NCBI GenBank assembly: GCA_951406725.2
Contig: OX597818.1
Coordinates: 25,606,001 to 25,670,000 of the forward strand
Reading direction: 5' to 3'
Length of the DNA stretch: 64,000 bases
From: Octopus vulgaris
Taxonomy: Eukaryota
A program made the translations under genes and the position numbers. The notes below the pieces were generated by a model that was not told where the DNA came from, ran no database searches, and saw only the letters and a list, made by a program, of their open reading frames with translations. This document shows, piece after piece, positions 24,790 to 37,645 of this stretch. Within the stretch, counting starts at the first letter, position 1; each line of letters opens with the position of its first letter.

Positions 24790-25402
24790 ATAATAATAAT
24801 AATAATAATTCTTTCTACTATAGACACAAGGCCTGAAATTTTGAGCAAGGGAGCTAGTTGATTATATGGACCCTAGTGCTCATCAATTATTTCTTTCATT
24901 GATCCTGAAAGGATGAAAGGCAAAGTCAACTTTGGCAGAATTTGAACACAGAACACAAAGATGGACGAAATGCTGCCAAGCACTTTGTCTAGCATGCCAA
25001 CAATTCTGCCTGCCCACCCAAACATTGTAGGGCTCAATTACACAGATGTATTTAATTGTTTAAGTTTTGAAAGAAAGAAGGATCTAAAAGCCAGATTAGA
25101 ATTTGGGGCTTCAAGGGCCCCTCTAACCAAACAACATCAAAGTACGAAACATTTGAATCCAAGAGCTATTCCAACTTAACAATATCTTTGATATTCAAAG
25201 GCGGCGAGCTGACAGAAACGTTAGCACGCCAGGCGCAATATTTAGCGGTATTTCATCTGTCTTTATCTTTCTGAGTTCAAATTTCGCCGAGGTCGACTTT
25301 GCCTTTCATCGATAAATTAAGTACCAGTTGCGTACTGGATTCGATCTAATCGACTGGCCCACTCCCCCAAAACTTCGGGCCTTGTGCCTAGAGTAGAAAA
25401 GA
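24790..25402. mobile_element. Two SINE family A copies (24790-25020 on -, 25198-25402 on +)
   Basis: The + copy retains many CpGs (ggcggcgagctgacagaaacgttagcacgccaggcg), suggesting it is young. Confidence 0.8.
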
Positions 25403-26111
25403 ATATCTTTGATACTCAGCAGAAACAGTATGAAACAAAGTGGGTTACCTCGTTGAACTCTTAAAGCAGAAAGAATATAATAGCTGCCAGAGTATATATA
25501 TGAGAGGCTTCTCGAAAAGCCTGCCATGCAAAGTAGCGGATCTTTGAAGCTTTTTTTTTTTATATTGAGTTGAGAATGACATCGCGTCTAATTGAATTGA
25601 AGGTTTTTTAAAAATCGATTTTGAGAACTATCTCGACCACTGGGAGTGTGTTCACGAAAATCTGTGGCGTGAAAGGTTGCTTCAGACTCTAGTTTATTAT
25701 CAACCTCGAGTCGAACGGGTGTGAATTTGGAAAAGAGATAATAGGAGACGTGAGCTTTCTTAAGTGCACATAACTGCTTTAGGACAGTGATCATTTAAGG
25801 AAACAATCACAAAGCAATGACGAACCAAAATGCGTTATGTAGGGAAGGATGCTTGGGTGAGAGTACTCTCCCTTACATTATTTGTTTATGAAATTGCGTG
25901 AGACACCTATAGTAAAAAACTTTCTCTACAAGCCGTCATTCTATTAATGTTACTAAATGTTCATTCGTGATAAGACAGAAATGGACACTTTTCTTCATTT
26001 TGAGTGAAACACTCAAATTACCTTTTCTGAATTAATGTGAATATAATTTAATTACCTAGTTATCTCATCTTGATTCCTTTTTACCCCGTTCCAGAAAACG
26101 TGCTTTACGCA

Positions 26112-26188
26112 ATGGCGGCATCATCTTGTGCGAGTGTCGTCTACAAACTCGGAAAGACTTTATTTGCACCTTCATCCTATGTAACCAG
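26112..26188 (+). CDS. MRPS7: MRPS7 exon 1 (mitochondrial targeting peptide)
   Basis: MAASSCASVVYKLGKTLFAPSSYVT, then AG|gtaatt (phase 2), in frame with exon 2. Confidence 0.82.
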
Positions 26189-26519
26189 GTAATTTTAAAA
26201 CTTTTTTTCTTTTTGTGAAAGAGTCTTAACACTTATATATCTAATCAAGAGTGCTTCAAGATCACAGCCATCGCTGCAGGCGACTTGATTTCTAAGTATT
26301 ATAATTTTGGTTCATTCTCGTCGTTCATGCCCTTGAAAAATATATCACAGTTCATAAAACTCAAGCATTTCGATGGCGTATGTATACGAATTGTAAAACA
26401 GTGCTTGTATAGTTAGAGTATACTATATATTTTCCACAGTAGTCGATTATGTATATACCTTAGACAAATACGGTTATTATTTTTCCAGTCACCTTGGAAA
26501 ATTGGCCCCTAAAATTTAA

Positions 26520-26835
26520 AGATACACGCATACAAGAAGTTTTTGGAATGCGGTGTTTACGGTCTGTATTAAGAGTAGGGTATAATTAGGAGATAGACGT
26601 AGAAATACTTCCATAAGAAAATCATCTCTACGTAATATATACCATACCGAGATTATAAGAAGGAACTGAAATGGCCGGTCATGTATTAAGAAGGCAATTC
26701 AATCATTGCGTAGACTTCTCAAACTCCGGAATACATGTTTGACCGTCCGAAGTATAGTTCTCTCATATCAAGAGGCTAATGATGGTTCAGCTGGCAAGAG
26801 AAAGCGAAGGTCTGGAGAGAAGTGAGCAGTGGACG
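26520..26835 (+). mobile_element. Old LINE (RTE-like) 3' remnant in MRPS7 intron 1
   Basis: Degraded IIRRRELKWPGHVLR-like coding (gagattataagaaggaactgaaatggccggtcatgtattaaga). Confidence 0.45.
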
Positions 26836-27461
26836 AATACATTTTCTCAAAAGCTGTTTATTGTACATAATGAAGGGTTGGTATTCACCGGGTTATTTTG
26901 GATAAATTCGTACTATTAATGTGTTGAAACTTTGCTAACACTATGTTGGACTTTGCGTTTAATACTCTGCCTAATAAACGATAAATGGTGTGAAAACAAT
27001 AACAAAATAATAAGAACGCTTAGAAAGAAAATTCATATTAATTCCCTAAGTCGATATAACTTTCCGAATATCATCTGATCTACAAATTTTATTTTCAGAA
27101 GCTAATGGATGCTCGTTTACAGTCAGCCTGTGTGACAGAATTTATCCACATTTGATCCGTTGTTATTGCTCTGTTAACAGACGGGTTCACTGCCTATAAG
27201 AACTAATATCTCCCCCACCCCAAAAAAAAGAAAAAAAATCACCCGCAAGCACACAAAAGCATGTACCTGTATACGTACAACATCAGAAAAATAGAGTAAA
27301 CATGTTTGTTTCTTTTTTTTATTTTAGATCTGGCCAAAAAAAAAAAAAAGGGACTAATGCAATTTCGCGCCTCTGCTTGAAAAATGCATTTTTTTGAAAA
27401 ATTTTTTTCGGATTTCTATGTTTTAGATGTGGGAGATTATGAATACGCGAAAAAAAAAATT

Positions 27462-28797
27462 AATTAAACTCGGAATATTGGGGGTCAGTAGCCTGTACAC
27501 TTAACCACTACGCCATATGACCGTGGGTAATTATGGAGTGAATTTTAGGGCTTATAAATCTAATATTTTCCTATCCTTTCTTAATACCAGTTTCCATATG
27601 CTATTCATATCTGCACTTGGTTTGCTTAGGAGATTGTTGTGTCCTAGCATACGTGCTGCTTCTTTTAGTTTTCATATTTTCCAATGGTGTTCTCTGTCTA
27701 TTATTTTAACTTCATCCCACAAGGGGAGATGGTCTCCATTTTTCCATATATGATCAGCTATACCCAATTTGTCAATATCTCCTTGTGTCACAGCTTTGTG
27801 ATGTTCGTCTACCCTTATTTTGAGGGGGCAGCATGTTTCGCCTTTGTATGACCTACCACAACTGCATGGGATGGAGTACATGCAGTCTTTGGCCATATTC
27901 TCTTCAATTGATGGTTTTACTCGAAGGAGATATTTGCAAAGTGTTGTATTACTCTTGAATACTGTCCTGATGTCATATGGGCCGCATATCTTTTGCACCT
28001 TTTCGAAAAGGCCTTTCACATAGGGTAGACAGACTGTGGACAGTTTGTTGGTTTCATCCTCTCTTTTCTTCATAATTGGAGTAGACAGTATGTTTTTGGG
28101 GTAGTTTTTGCTTAATAGATTGTTACTGAGCTTGATCATTTCTTCGTGGTGTGTATCAAAATCGCTACTTGTATTCTTTGCTCAATGTTTTAGGCACTGA
28201 GCAATCCCTCTCTTTACACTGTATGGATGGTGGGAATTGAATTTGAGGTATCGTCCAATGAAGGTTGGCTTGCGGTATACAGATATCCTGAATCCATACT
28301 TGATGTGTGTTATTGATATGACCAGGAATGCTAGCTGATTGTCTTTTCCCTTTTCCACTGAACTGTAAGGATGGCTTTATTGAGTTCACATGATCTAACG
28401 GCACATGGGCATCTTCCTGGTGGTGCCAGAATATAAAGGTGTCATCAACATATCACAGCCATAGAGTTGGTTTTAGTGGTGTTGAGCCTAAAGACAAATT
28501 CTCAAAGTATTCCATGTATATATTGGCTATTATCAGTGATAACGGTGAACCCATAGCTAAACCCTCTTCTTGTCGATATATTGATAAATCGGGTATAGCT
28601 GATCATGTATGGTTAAATGGAGACCTTCTTCCCCTGTAGGATGAAATTAAAATAATAGACAGAGAACACCACTGGAAAATAGGAAAACTAAAAGAAGCAG
28701 CACATATGCTAGGACACGATAATCTAAGTAGACCGAGTACTGATATGAATAGCATATGGGAACCAGTATTAAGGAAGGATAGGAAAATATTAGATTT
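27462..28797 (-). mobile_element. Penelope-like element (RT C-terminus plus GIY-YIG endonuclease) with an inverted duplication at its 5' break
   Basis: GLAMGSPLSLIIANIYMEYFE, RT motif 5 region (~28440), and CLPYVKGL...MYSIPCSCGRSYKGET...IRVDEH...IADH. 28578-28797 is the reverse complement of ~27557-27780. Confidence 0.9.
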
Positions 28798-28899
28798 ACT
28801 TGAGGCTAAATGACCTACTTCTGGTTATTGCAAGAAATGGAATTTGTACAGGTATAATTATACATGTCTCTACATGTCACATGTAGCTTTCCACTAGTA

Positions 28900-30043
28900 T
28901 TCATTTGTCTTTTACAGCTGCTGAAGTGGACTAATATGTTATAATGGAGGCAGTTGAATGCAGATCAGTGATCAGGTTCTTATACTTGAAAGGTTGTACA
29001 CCAAAAGAGACTATTGATGAGATGAAGGAAGTTTATGGTGATGATGCACCATCATACAGTATAATCAAGCATTGGCATCACCAGTTCAAATATGGTTGAA
29101 CATTGGTGGAAATTGTCCCTATTCCTGGATGACCACATTCTGCCATTGATGACAACACCATCCATAAAGTGGAAGCCGCCATTTTGTAGGATCACTGCAT
29201 AACTATTTGGCAACTAACCCAAGAAGTAAAGATAAGTGTAGCCTCCATGGAAAAAATCATTCATGACCATTTTCACATGCGGAAGTTGTCTGCACATTGG
29301 ATTCTCCAGATGCTCACACCTTTTCAGAAACAGTAATGAGTCAGTTGCTCCCAGGTTCTTTTGGCAACATGCCAAGAAAACAAGGAGGACTTTTTCACCA
29401 GATTTATCATACAGGATGAAACATGGGTCCATCACTATGATCCTGAGACTAAAATCCAGTTGAAGTAATGGCAGCATAACTCACCACCTCCAGAGAAGGC
29501 TTGTGTCCAACTCTCAACAAGCAAGGTGATGCTCACAGTCTTTTGGGACTAGTGCAGAGTGGTGAATGATAGATTTTCTGGCAAAGGGCACAATGAATAA
29601 TGGTGTGCTTCTGTGCTTCAGAAACAGAGGTGTGGCATGCTGACCAAAGGAGTCTGCCTCCTCCAAGATAATGCCCCAGTTCATAATGTGCATGTTATGC
29701 AGATGAAAGCACACTCTTGCAGCTATGAATCCTTCCTCATCCCTCTTACTCTTTCGACCTCGCACCATCTGACTTCACCTGTTTCCAACCATGAAGTCTT
29801 TTTTTGAAGGGGAAGCACTTTTTGGATGATGAACTGATTTCCAACGCAACCTACTGACTTCTACAGACAAGGTCTTCACAGCTGCATAAAGCAATTGGAG
29901 AAGTGTGTCACCATTAGTAGTGGCAATGTAGAAGTGTGTCACCATTGGTGGTGATGATTTAGAGAAGGACTAATTATGCCAAGTTTTGTTTATCCCAATC
30001 CTTGGGAAGTGGGTCAGGGGAAATCTTTAATGAACACCCCTCA
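28900..30043 (+). mobile_element. Decayed mariner, related to the 19528-20811 element
   Basis: IQDETWVHHYDPETK and LLQDNAPVHN with stops. The right TIR ttaatgaacacccctca is followed by TA. Confidence 0.88.
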
Positions 30044-30425
30044 TAGGACTAACCTACTGAACTTTCAATAAAACAAAGCCTTCAAGAAATCACATGAAAA
30101 ATGACTTTGTAATTTGTCAACCAAGTGTTCACTTTGAGAATGTTTTGTGCTTGCTATTCTGTGATGAAAGTGTTTGTGCATGTAATGCTCAATAGGTATA
30201 GAGCAATAGCCTTTTACTGTATTTGTGGATACTACATGCATATTTAAAAACAACGATAACATGTGTTAACATAATTTGGTCTTGTATGAAGATACAAAGG
30301 TTGGGACTTTTATGTTTCCTCAATAGTTTCCAGTGAAGTACTAAGTAACTATGAAGACGTCAGCACATCTAAAAAAATAAAAAAGAAACTGTACTACTAC
30401 TCATAATTTTATTATTTTTCTGCAG

Positions 30426-30599
30426 GTGGTCTTTGATCCCTTCCAGGGGTTCAATATGGAGTCCAAGATATTTACCTCCAACAATCTCTAAGAAAGAATT
30501 ATCAGAAGAGTTAGATGAAACAGACGAAAGAAAATATCGCCCTATCAAAGCTGCACGTAATGAAGAGACAACTTCCATTTTGTATGATCCAGTTCTTGC
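30426..30599 (+). CDS. MRPS7: MRPS7 exon 2
   Basis: tgcag| WSLIPSRGSIWSPRYLPP...RPIKAARNEETTSILYDPVL |gttagt. Resembles vertebrate IKAAP..TSSVFEDPV. Confidence 0.93.
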
Positions 30600-31529
30600 G
30601 TTAGTATATATTACATTTTATTTTTATATTCTTTATGAAACTGAAGGGGTTCTGCATGTGATGATGGTGTTACCAGATCATTGCAATATGTGTACTGGGC
30701 ATGTTTATTTACCTTACTCTTAATACGTTAGTAACGTAAATATCAGTTAAATCCCAGTATTTAACTCTAGTTTTTATAAGAAAATGAGATAATCTTCCTC
30801 TTGATAGGACATTAGTCTATCATAAGTAACATTTGAAGAAGATGTAACTTTCTGACAATGAACCATAGGGTTTGTGATCATCTCTAGTTTCTGTTGTATT
30901 AAGTGAGTAAAAGAGAAATCACTACGTGGATAAGATTCTCTTCTGCAGCAGGTAGCTTTTCTTGGTAGAAAAACTGAACTTACCATTTATTGTAAACTAT
31001 TGAATATTCATTAATATTCTTACAACCAACAACTGTTAATTATACCAATTGTAGTACTTAGAGATAAATCAACTTCTTTGTTGGAAGTCATATCTTGCCC
31101 ATGGGAGTAGTACAGTAGCATTACCTCCATTTCCTTTAGATGGTTGTATGGTATCTTGTTAACTCAGTCATTCCCGCTTTCTAGATCAACTGAAAAGGTG
31201 CATAGAATTAAGTGTACTATTTAAATATATTGTATTTATATAGTAATATATAGGATAGTTACAGGAGAATGACATGACTAATAAAGTTAATTGTATACAA
31301 TCAGTAAATTGATTGCTATGAATAAGAAAGAGTGGAAATAGCAAGAAATAAAGTTGGAGGAAATAGTTTTTAAAAACTTTTATCTTTGTTGCCATTGTTC
31401 AAGCAACATATCTGGATGTAATGTTTTTTTTTTGCTGCTTTCTTTCCATTTTAAAATTTTGGTTTTATTTATGAATATCATAAAATTATAAATATATTTT
31501 GTTTATAATAATTTATATACTCATTGCAG

Positions 31530-31593
31530 TAAATTCACTAATATGGTTATGAGATCAGGAAGAAAAGATGCTGCTGCTTTAGTTGTTGATGAG
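31530..31593 (+). CDS. MRPS7: MRPS7 exon 3
   Basis: tgcag| KFTNMVMRSGRKDAAALVVDE |gtatct (uS7 motif KFTNMMMxxGxK). Confidence 0.94.
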
Positions 31594-32574
31594 GTATCTT
31601 GTTGATGTTATTATTTCCATTATTAATTAATGTGACAAGTATTTTTTTGTACTGTTAAAAGGTTCTCTGTTTAAAGAATAGAATAGGTAGTCATCATCAT
31701 CATCATCGTTTAGCGTCCGTTTTCCATGCTAGCATGGGTTGGACGGTTCAACTGGGGTCTGTGAAGCCAGAAGGCTTCATCAGGCCCAGTCAGATCTGGC
31801 AGTGTTTCTACGGCTGGATGCCCTTCCTAACGCCAACCACTCCGTGAGTGTAGTGGGTGCTTTTTACGTGCCACCCGCACAGGTGCCAGACAGAGCTGGC
31901 AAATGGCCACGAACGGATGGTGCTTTTTATGTTATTCCAAGGGGGATGAAAGATTTTCATGCAAATCATACCTAAAAGAATATTTAAATGCTATACTGAA
32001 TTTTATTCACTGCATAAACTGAGAATCTTTTATATTTATGTACATTGTTCTCTATTAAAAATGGCCATTGCTTGTCTGCGATGTACCCACCCACTCCTGC
32101 CCCACCACCTATACCAGAAACCCCTATAGGCCTCTGCTGCCTCGCTTCTGTACCTGAAGACTTGCATACCTTCGCCCACACTACTGCATGCACCAAAAGG
32201 TGATATGTTACTTAGTAAAATATTAGTAAATTAACAAACCACCTACTTATATATAGGTAGGTGATTTGTTGAAATTTACAGAAAAACAAATGATGAAGAC
32301 AGGTGTATTTAACACTTGGGAAGGTGAGAAAGACTTTTACGTTTTGAGCCTACGCTCTTTAACAGAAAGGATCATGAGAAAATAAGCAGAGAGAGAATAA
32401 AAAAAACTTTTGGTGCTAGCGGTCAATCATGGCGGCTGGTTGGGCAATGGTAGTTAGACAGGAGAGTTAGGAAGAAGGGGAGATAATAAAGTATTGGTGA
32501 TCCCAAAACAAAGGTGCGTGTGCATGTGTATGTGAGAGTGTGTAAGTGTGTGCATGTGGATAGGGGCTGGTGAC

Positions 32575-34900
32575 TGACGTGGCTTTGTGGCTGGGGATTT
32601 CAATGGGCATGTTGGATGGCAGACTGGTATCTTCCATGGTGTCCGAGGGGGCCATGGAATTGATTCCTGAAACAAAGAGGGAACAAGGCTACTGGATGCA
32701 AATAACCTATTGATCTACAACACCAACTTCAGGAAGCCAGCCAGCCACCTGATAACCTACCAATTGGGTGACTGTGCTAGCAACATCAATTACATTCTCG
32801 CCAGACAGTGGGATGCATGGTTGATCCTAAATACAAAAATACTCCCTGGTGAAGAATGTACCCCACCAGCATAGACTAGTCATTAGTGATTTTAGACTCG
32901 AGGTCAGAAGGATGTCGAGAAGCAGACCAATTTGGAAATTTAAAGACCCTTCATATGGTCAGAGATTTAGGGACATCTTGAGAAAGTTGATGAGAGGGAG
33001 GAGGAACTACAGAATTGTGACATAGAGGGCAACTGAGAATTCCTGCAGGACAGCTTGCTGAGTGCCACAGACCAAATCTGCAGCTGGTGCCAAGTCCCAT
33101 CTAGACGTAGGGTAACATTAATGGTGGAACAATGTGGCAGACAGGGCCATTAGAGCAAAGAAACAGGTTTGGAAGAGTGGGGGTAGCAGGGGACTGTATC
33201 AGATAGTCAGAAGGGAAGTTAGGAGACAGGTATATCTAAAGTTACGGAAAGAGTCATAACCCAACTAATTAGGGAGAGAGTTAGACTAGATGAGATACAA
33301 CTTGGTTTTGTGCCAGGGAGAAGCACCACTGCTACTATATTTCTGGCAAAGCAGCTGCAGGATAAATACATAGCCAAAGATATACCTCTGTATTTGGCCC
33401 TTGTTGACTTGGAGAAAGCCTTTGACAGGGTCCTTTGATCCCTTATCTAGTGGTCAATGTGGAAGCTAGGGATAGACAAGTGGTTGGTGAGAGCTGTACA
33501 AGCCCTGTACAGGGATGCTACCAGTAAGGTGAGGGTTGGCAACGAGTACAGTGAAGAATTGAGGGTACATGTAGGGGTTCACCAAAGATCAGTGCTTGGC
33601 CCCATCTTGTTCAAGTCCTCCAGACAATAACAGGAATTTTAGACAGGCTGTCCCTGGGAGCTCCTCTAAGCTGATGACCTTACTCTGAATTACTACCAGA
33701 ACTAGAGAAGTTCCAGGTATGGAAGCAAGGTCTAGAATCAAAAGGCCTTAGAATTAATCTAGCAAAAACCAAAATCATAGTAAGTAGGATGGGAGACAAG
33801 TCACAAATCCCTTCAGGTAGATCTGTAGAAAAGGCATAGTTAGAAACTCCATAAGATGCACCTGGTGTAAGCTTTGGATACATAAAAGGTGCAGCAATAT
33901 TAGAAGATTGTTAACAGGGAAGCTAGTTTTTGTATATGGAAGATACGCAGGTGCAATAAACGCAGAAAATAGTCTCCATCAACTACCAGAGGGGCAAACT
34001 AGAGGTATTAGATAGCTTCCGTTATCTAGGTAACCAAGTTAGTACTGGAGGCTCCAAGAGCGTAACTGAGAATAAAATTAGGCTGGGCCAAGTTCAGAGA
34101 GCTCCTATCTCTGCAGGTAACAAAGGCCTCTCTCTTCAAGTGAAAGACAGATTTATGATGCTTATGCTACAAGGCAGTGAAACATGGTCTGTGACAGTTG
34201 AGGACATGTGTAGGCTTGAAAGCAATGAAGCCAGTATGTGTCACTGGCTGTGCAATGTCTGTGCATGTTTGACAAAGTGTAAGCATCTTGAGAGAAAAGT
34301 TAGGCATAAGAGGCATCAGATGTGGTTTGCAAGAGTCACGACTGGTGGTCAGGTGATGCATATGGATGAGAACAACTGTGTGAAGAAGTACTGATCTCTA
34401 ACTGTGGAGGGAACCTGTAGTAGAGGTAGACCCAGGAAGACCTGGGATGAAGTGGTGAAGCATGATCTTCAAACTTTGAGCCTCACAGAAGCAATAACTG
34501 GTGATCGAGATCTTTGGTATTATGCTGTGCTTGAGCAGACCTGTCAAGCCAAGTAAAATCGTAGTCATGGCTGATGCCAGTGTCATGTAACTGACACCCA
34601 TACCAATGGCACGTAAAGAGCACCATTCGAGCATTGGGCCTCATGGAGGCAAAGTGGTCAAGTTCCTTTCAAGTGTTGGGCCTCCCGGAGGCAATGACTG
34701 AAACCTTTGGCATTATATTGTACTTAAGAAGACCCATGAAGCCGAGCAAAATTGCAGTCATGGCAGATACTGGTGTCATCCAAATCAGGCTGGAAAACCA
34801 TGCCAAATCAGACTGGAGTCTGGTGCAGCCTTCCAGGTTGCCAGCCCTGGTCAAACTGTCCAACCCATGCCAGCGGAGATTAAATGATGATGATGATAAT
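32575..34900 (+). mobile_element. Decayed RTE LINE with internal deletions in MRPS7 intron 3
   Basis: GDFNGHVG, VDLEKAFDRV, VGVHQRSVLGP, RGRPRKTWDEVV; (GAT)n tail at ~34885. Confidence 0.9.
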
Positions 34901-35518
34901 TATTTGCAATGCTCTATGATCTTTTTTAAAAAAAATAGTCATTTCATATTAAAAATATTTTGATGTTAATTGAGATACAGTATCAGAGTATGTGATAATA
35001 ATTAGATTAGATTAGTTGTTGTGAACAGCAACATTTATCTTTGCATATCTGGCAGTCAGGACTGACATAGGAGCAAAAGGACTGTTTGTATGCAGGCTTC
35101 TTGTAAATTGCATTGATAACATGACTGATCTTAAAATGGAGCAAAAATCAATATTATCTGGCATTTAATAGCTGTATCTATATGTTTGTATTTATGTAAA
35201 TGTATTTATGTGTGTTGGTATATCAGGTGTGTGCTCATCATATGAATGTGCATGTATGTAGCAGCTACCCAGAATTTGCATTTGACAATGTAAAAAAACC
35301 ACATATATGTAATGTTGGACTATTGACTACCTTATTATGAGCTCAAACCTACAAAGTTGACATTTACTTTCACTACTGTTTCCTAATAGTTAGGCGCAAA
35401 AAGTACATCAATTTGTAAATATACTATCTCAGACAATATACACATGTTTAAATGTGCAAAAAAACTACCCCTCATGTCAGCATAGGAAAATGGATTAAAA
35501 AATGTTAATTTATTTTAG

Positions 35519-35686
35519 ATGTTGGAGAGCATAAAAATATCCCAGTTAGAAAAATATCATAAAGCCTCAGACGAAGTAAAAACTGAAATTGTGTTAAACC
35601 CAGTTACAATATTCCATGAAGCCCTTGAAAATTGCAAACCAGTTCTATATCTAATGAAGGTGTACAAAGGTGGTGTTCGATATAAT
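35519..35686 (+). CDS. MRPS7: MRPS7 exon 4
   Basis: tttag| MLESIKISQLEKYHKASDEVKTEIVLNPVTIFHEALENCKPVLYLMKVYKGGVRYN |gtaagt. Confidence 0.96.
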
Positions 35687-37220
35687 GTAAGTATAAAGAC
35701 AGTTTCTCTGTCTTTGATTACTTTGTGAAAATTTTATCTAAACATTGTTATATGTTAAGTATTAGAGATATTTTGAAAATTCTTTTTATTGTAGTGTTTT
35801 ATAACAAGGCTTCTTGACATAACCTTTAGGGCTGACTAGTTTCACTCCCCATCCTCACTATCTTTTTGAGTCATAAAATATTGTGTATGGGGATAGAAAT
35901 TGCTTTACTTTACAATGGTTTATACTCTGCATCAAATATGGGCTTACTTTAACAAACTACTTTACGATCTGTATTTACATAATAGCTACCTATGAAAATA
36001 AGACTAGGTGCTGCCATTCTATTATTTTATATGAATATTTTCTAGAAACATGTTAGCTGAAGATCTTGAAATATGAACAGTTTTTGCAACTATAACATTG
36101 TCATGGTTTTATGTACTATTTTTGTAGCTTAAAACAGTTATTACTTTGGAACGTATCATTTCAATGCAAAGGTTAGAAACTTCTATAATAATCGCTTCTC
36201 AGAACTGATAAGCTGTTTAGTCTGTCCACCCAAGCCCTCCTACTCTTGTCATTTGATACAATCAGAAAATGTTGGCCAATATAATGTATGGTATTTGGCT
36301 ATGTGCCTTTACATTCTTAATACAAACTGCCTCTGCTCCTTTTGAGGCTGATAAAATATTTAGTTATATGCTATTTATACAGTACCAGCTGCTGGGACTT
36401 GAAGGTAGAATCCCAACATGGCCATAAAATCCAATAGCTGAAACCAATGAAAGAATAAGATAATTCTTATTTCACTCTCAATTCCCTTGCTGAATCATGA
36501 ATTGTAGCCAACTTCTTCCTGCTTTTTTACTGTTCAGAAGTTTGGGTCGATCAGTAATCATATAGCTAGGTTTTACAAATGTTATGGGCTACATATCTCC
36601 TTAGACTAAATTTTAAAAATCATTGGCCACAGAGTATGGTCATATTATGAGTGAGTAGAATAACACATAAATATTTGAAAGCTCTTTCTCTTGAAAGTAT
36701 CGGGATTGTATGATTTGTTGGTTATATTGTAAGCATAGAAAGAGCAGGTTGTTTAAACACAGCTTGTATGCACACCGGCAAAACAGTATAAAGGTTGATG
36801 TATTATTTGATCTGTTAGAGCATGGTTTTATTTATCTTTCAAATTTAAACTAATTTCATTCAGATTGATACCATCCAGATATTTGTACAAATGAAATTAG
36901 ATTTGACAATGTATTAGAAGATTAACAAATATATAATTTGAAATAAAAGAAAATTTAAGATTCTCAAGAGCACCATGATAGAGCTTGATCTATCTATGAG
37001 AGAAAATCTATATCCTGTTATTTAGTCAGTAGACTCTGTTTTTACTATTAAATAGGGAGAAACTTTACTATCTTGTGATATTCTATTTGATTGTTTTGGT
37101 GTATTTCTGTTATTTACTTCTACCTTGTTATCCCTTTGTTGCTCATAACGCTTATTGAACTGTCTTAGAAAGTTAGTAGCAATCTATTTGAGTTGGTTCA
37201 ATTTTATGAAACAATTTTAG

Positions 37221-37358
37221 GTCCCAGTATGCTGTCCTCCAAAAAAGCAGACATTTCTGGCAATGAAATGGTTGGTCCAGAATTGTCGTGACAAAGAGTG
37301 GAAAGCGAAGATGTCATATAAGTTATCTATAGAAATCTTAGCTGCTTATAATTATGAG
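37221..37358 (+). CDS. MRPS7: MRPS7 exon 5
   Basis: tttag| VPVCCPPKKQTFLAMKWLVQNCRDKEWKAKMSYKLSIEILAAYNYE |gtatgt. Confidence 0.96.
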
Positions 37359-37603
37359 GTATGTCATACTTATTTTAATTTTTTTCTATTCGTTTAACTA
37401 AGTAAAATTTAAATAAGCTAGATTAATTGAAAGAAAATATAATTAAGAAAACATCAGCTGAGGGAATTCAACCAATTATCCATGTTATTTATTTCCTTTA
37501 GTTCATTTTATTTTTAATTATGTAAATTATATTAAGCTAAAAGTACTTGTAACACCTATTTATAAAAATTTAATCAAATCAAATGATTTTCAGGTTTGAT
37601 TAC

Positions 37604-37645
37604 ACTGTGCTGATGAGGTCTAATAGACCAAAACATGCTCATAGT
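37604..37645 (+). ncRNA. Degenerate type I hammerhead motif in MRPS7 intron 5
   Basis: ACTGTg-CTGATGA-GGTC-taata-GACC-aAAAC-atg-cTC-ATAGT. Stems I and II pair; GAAA has become AAAA. Confidence 0.55.
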
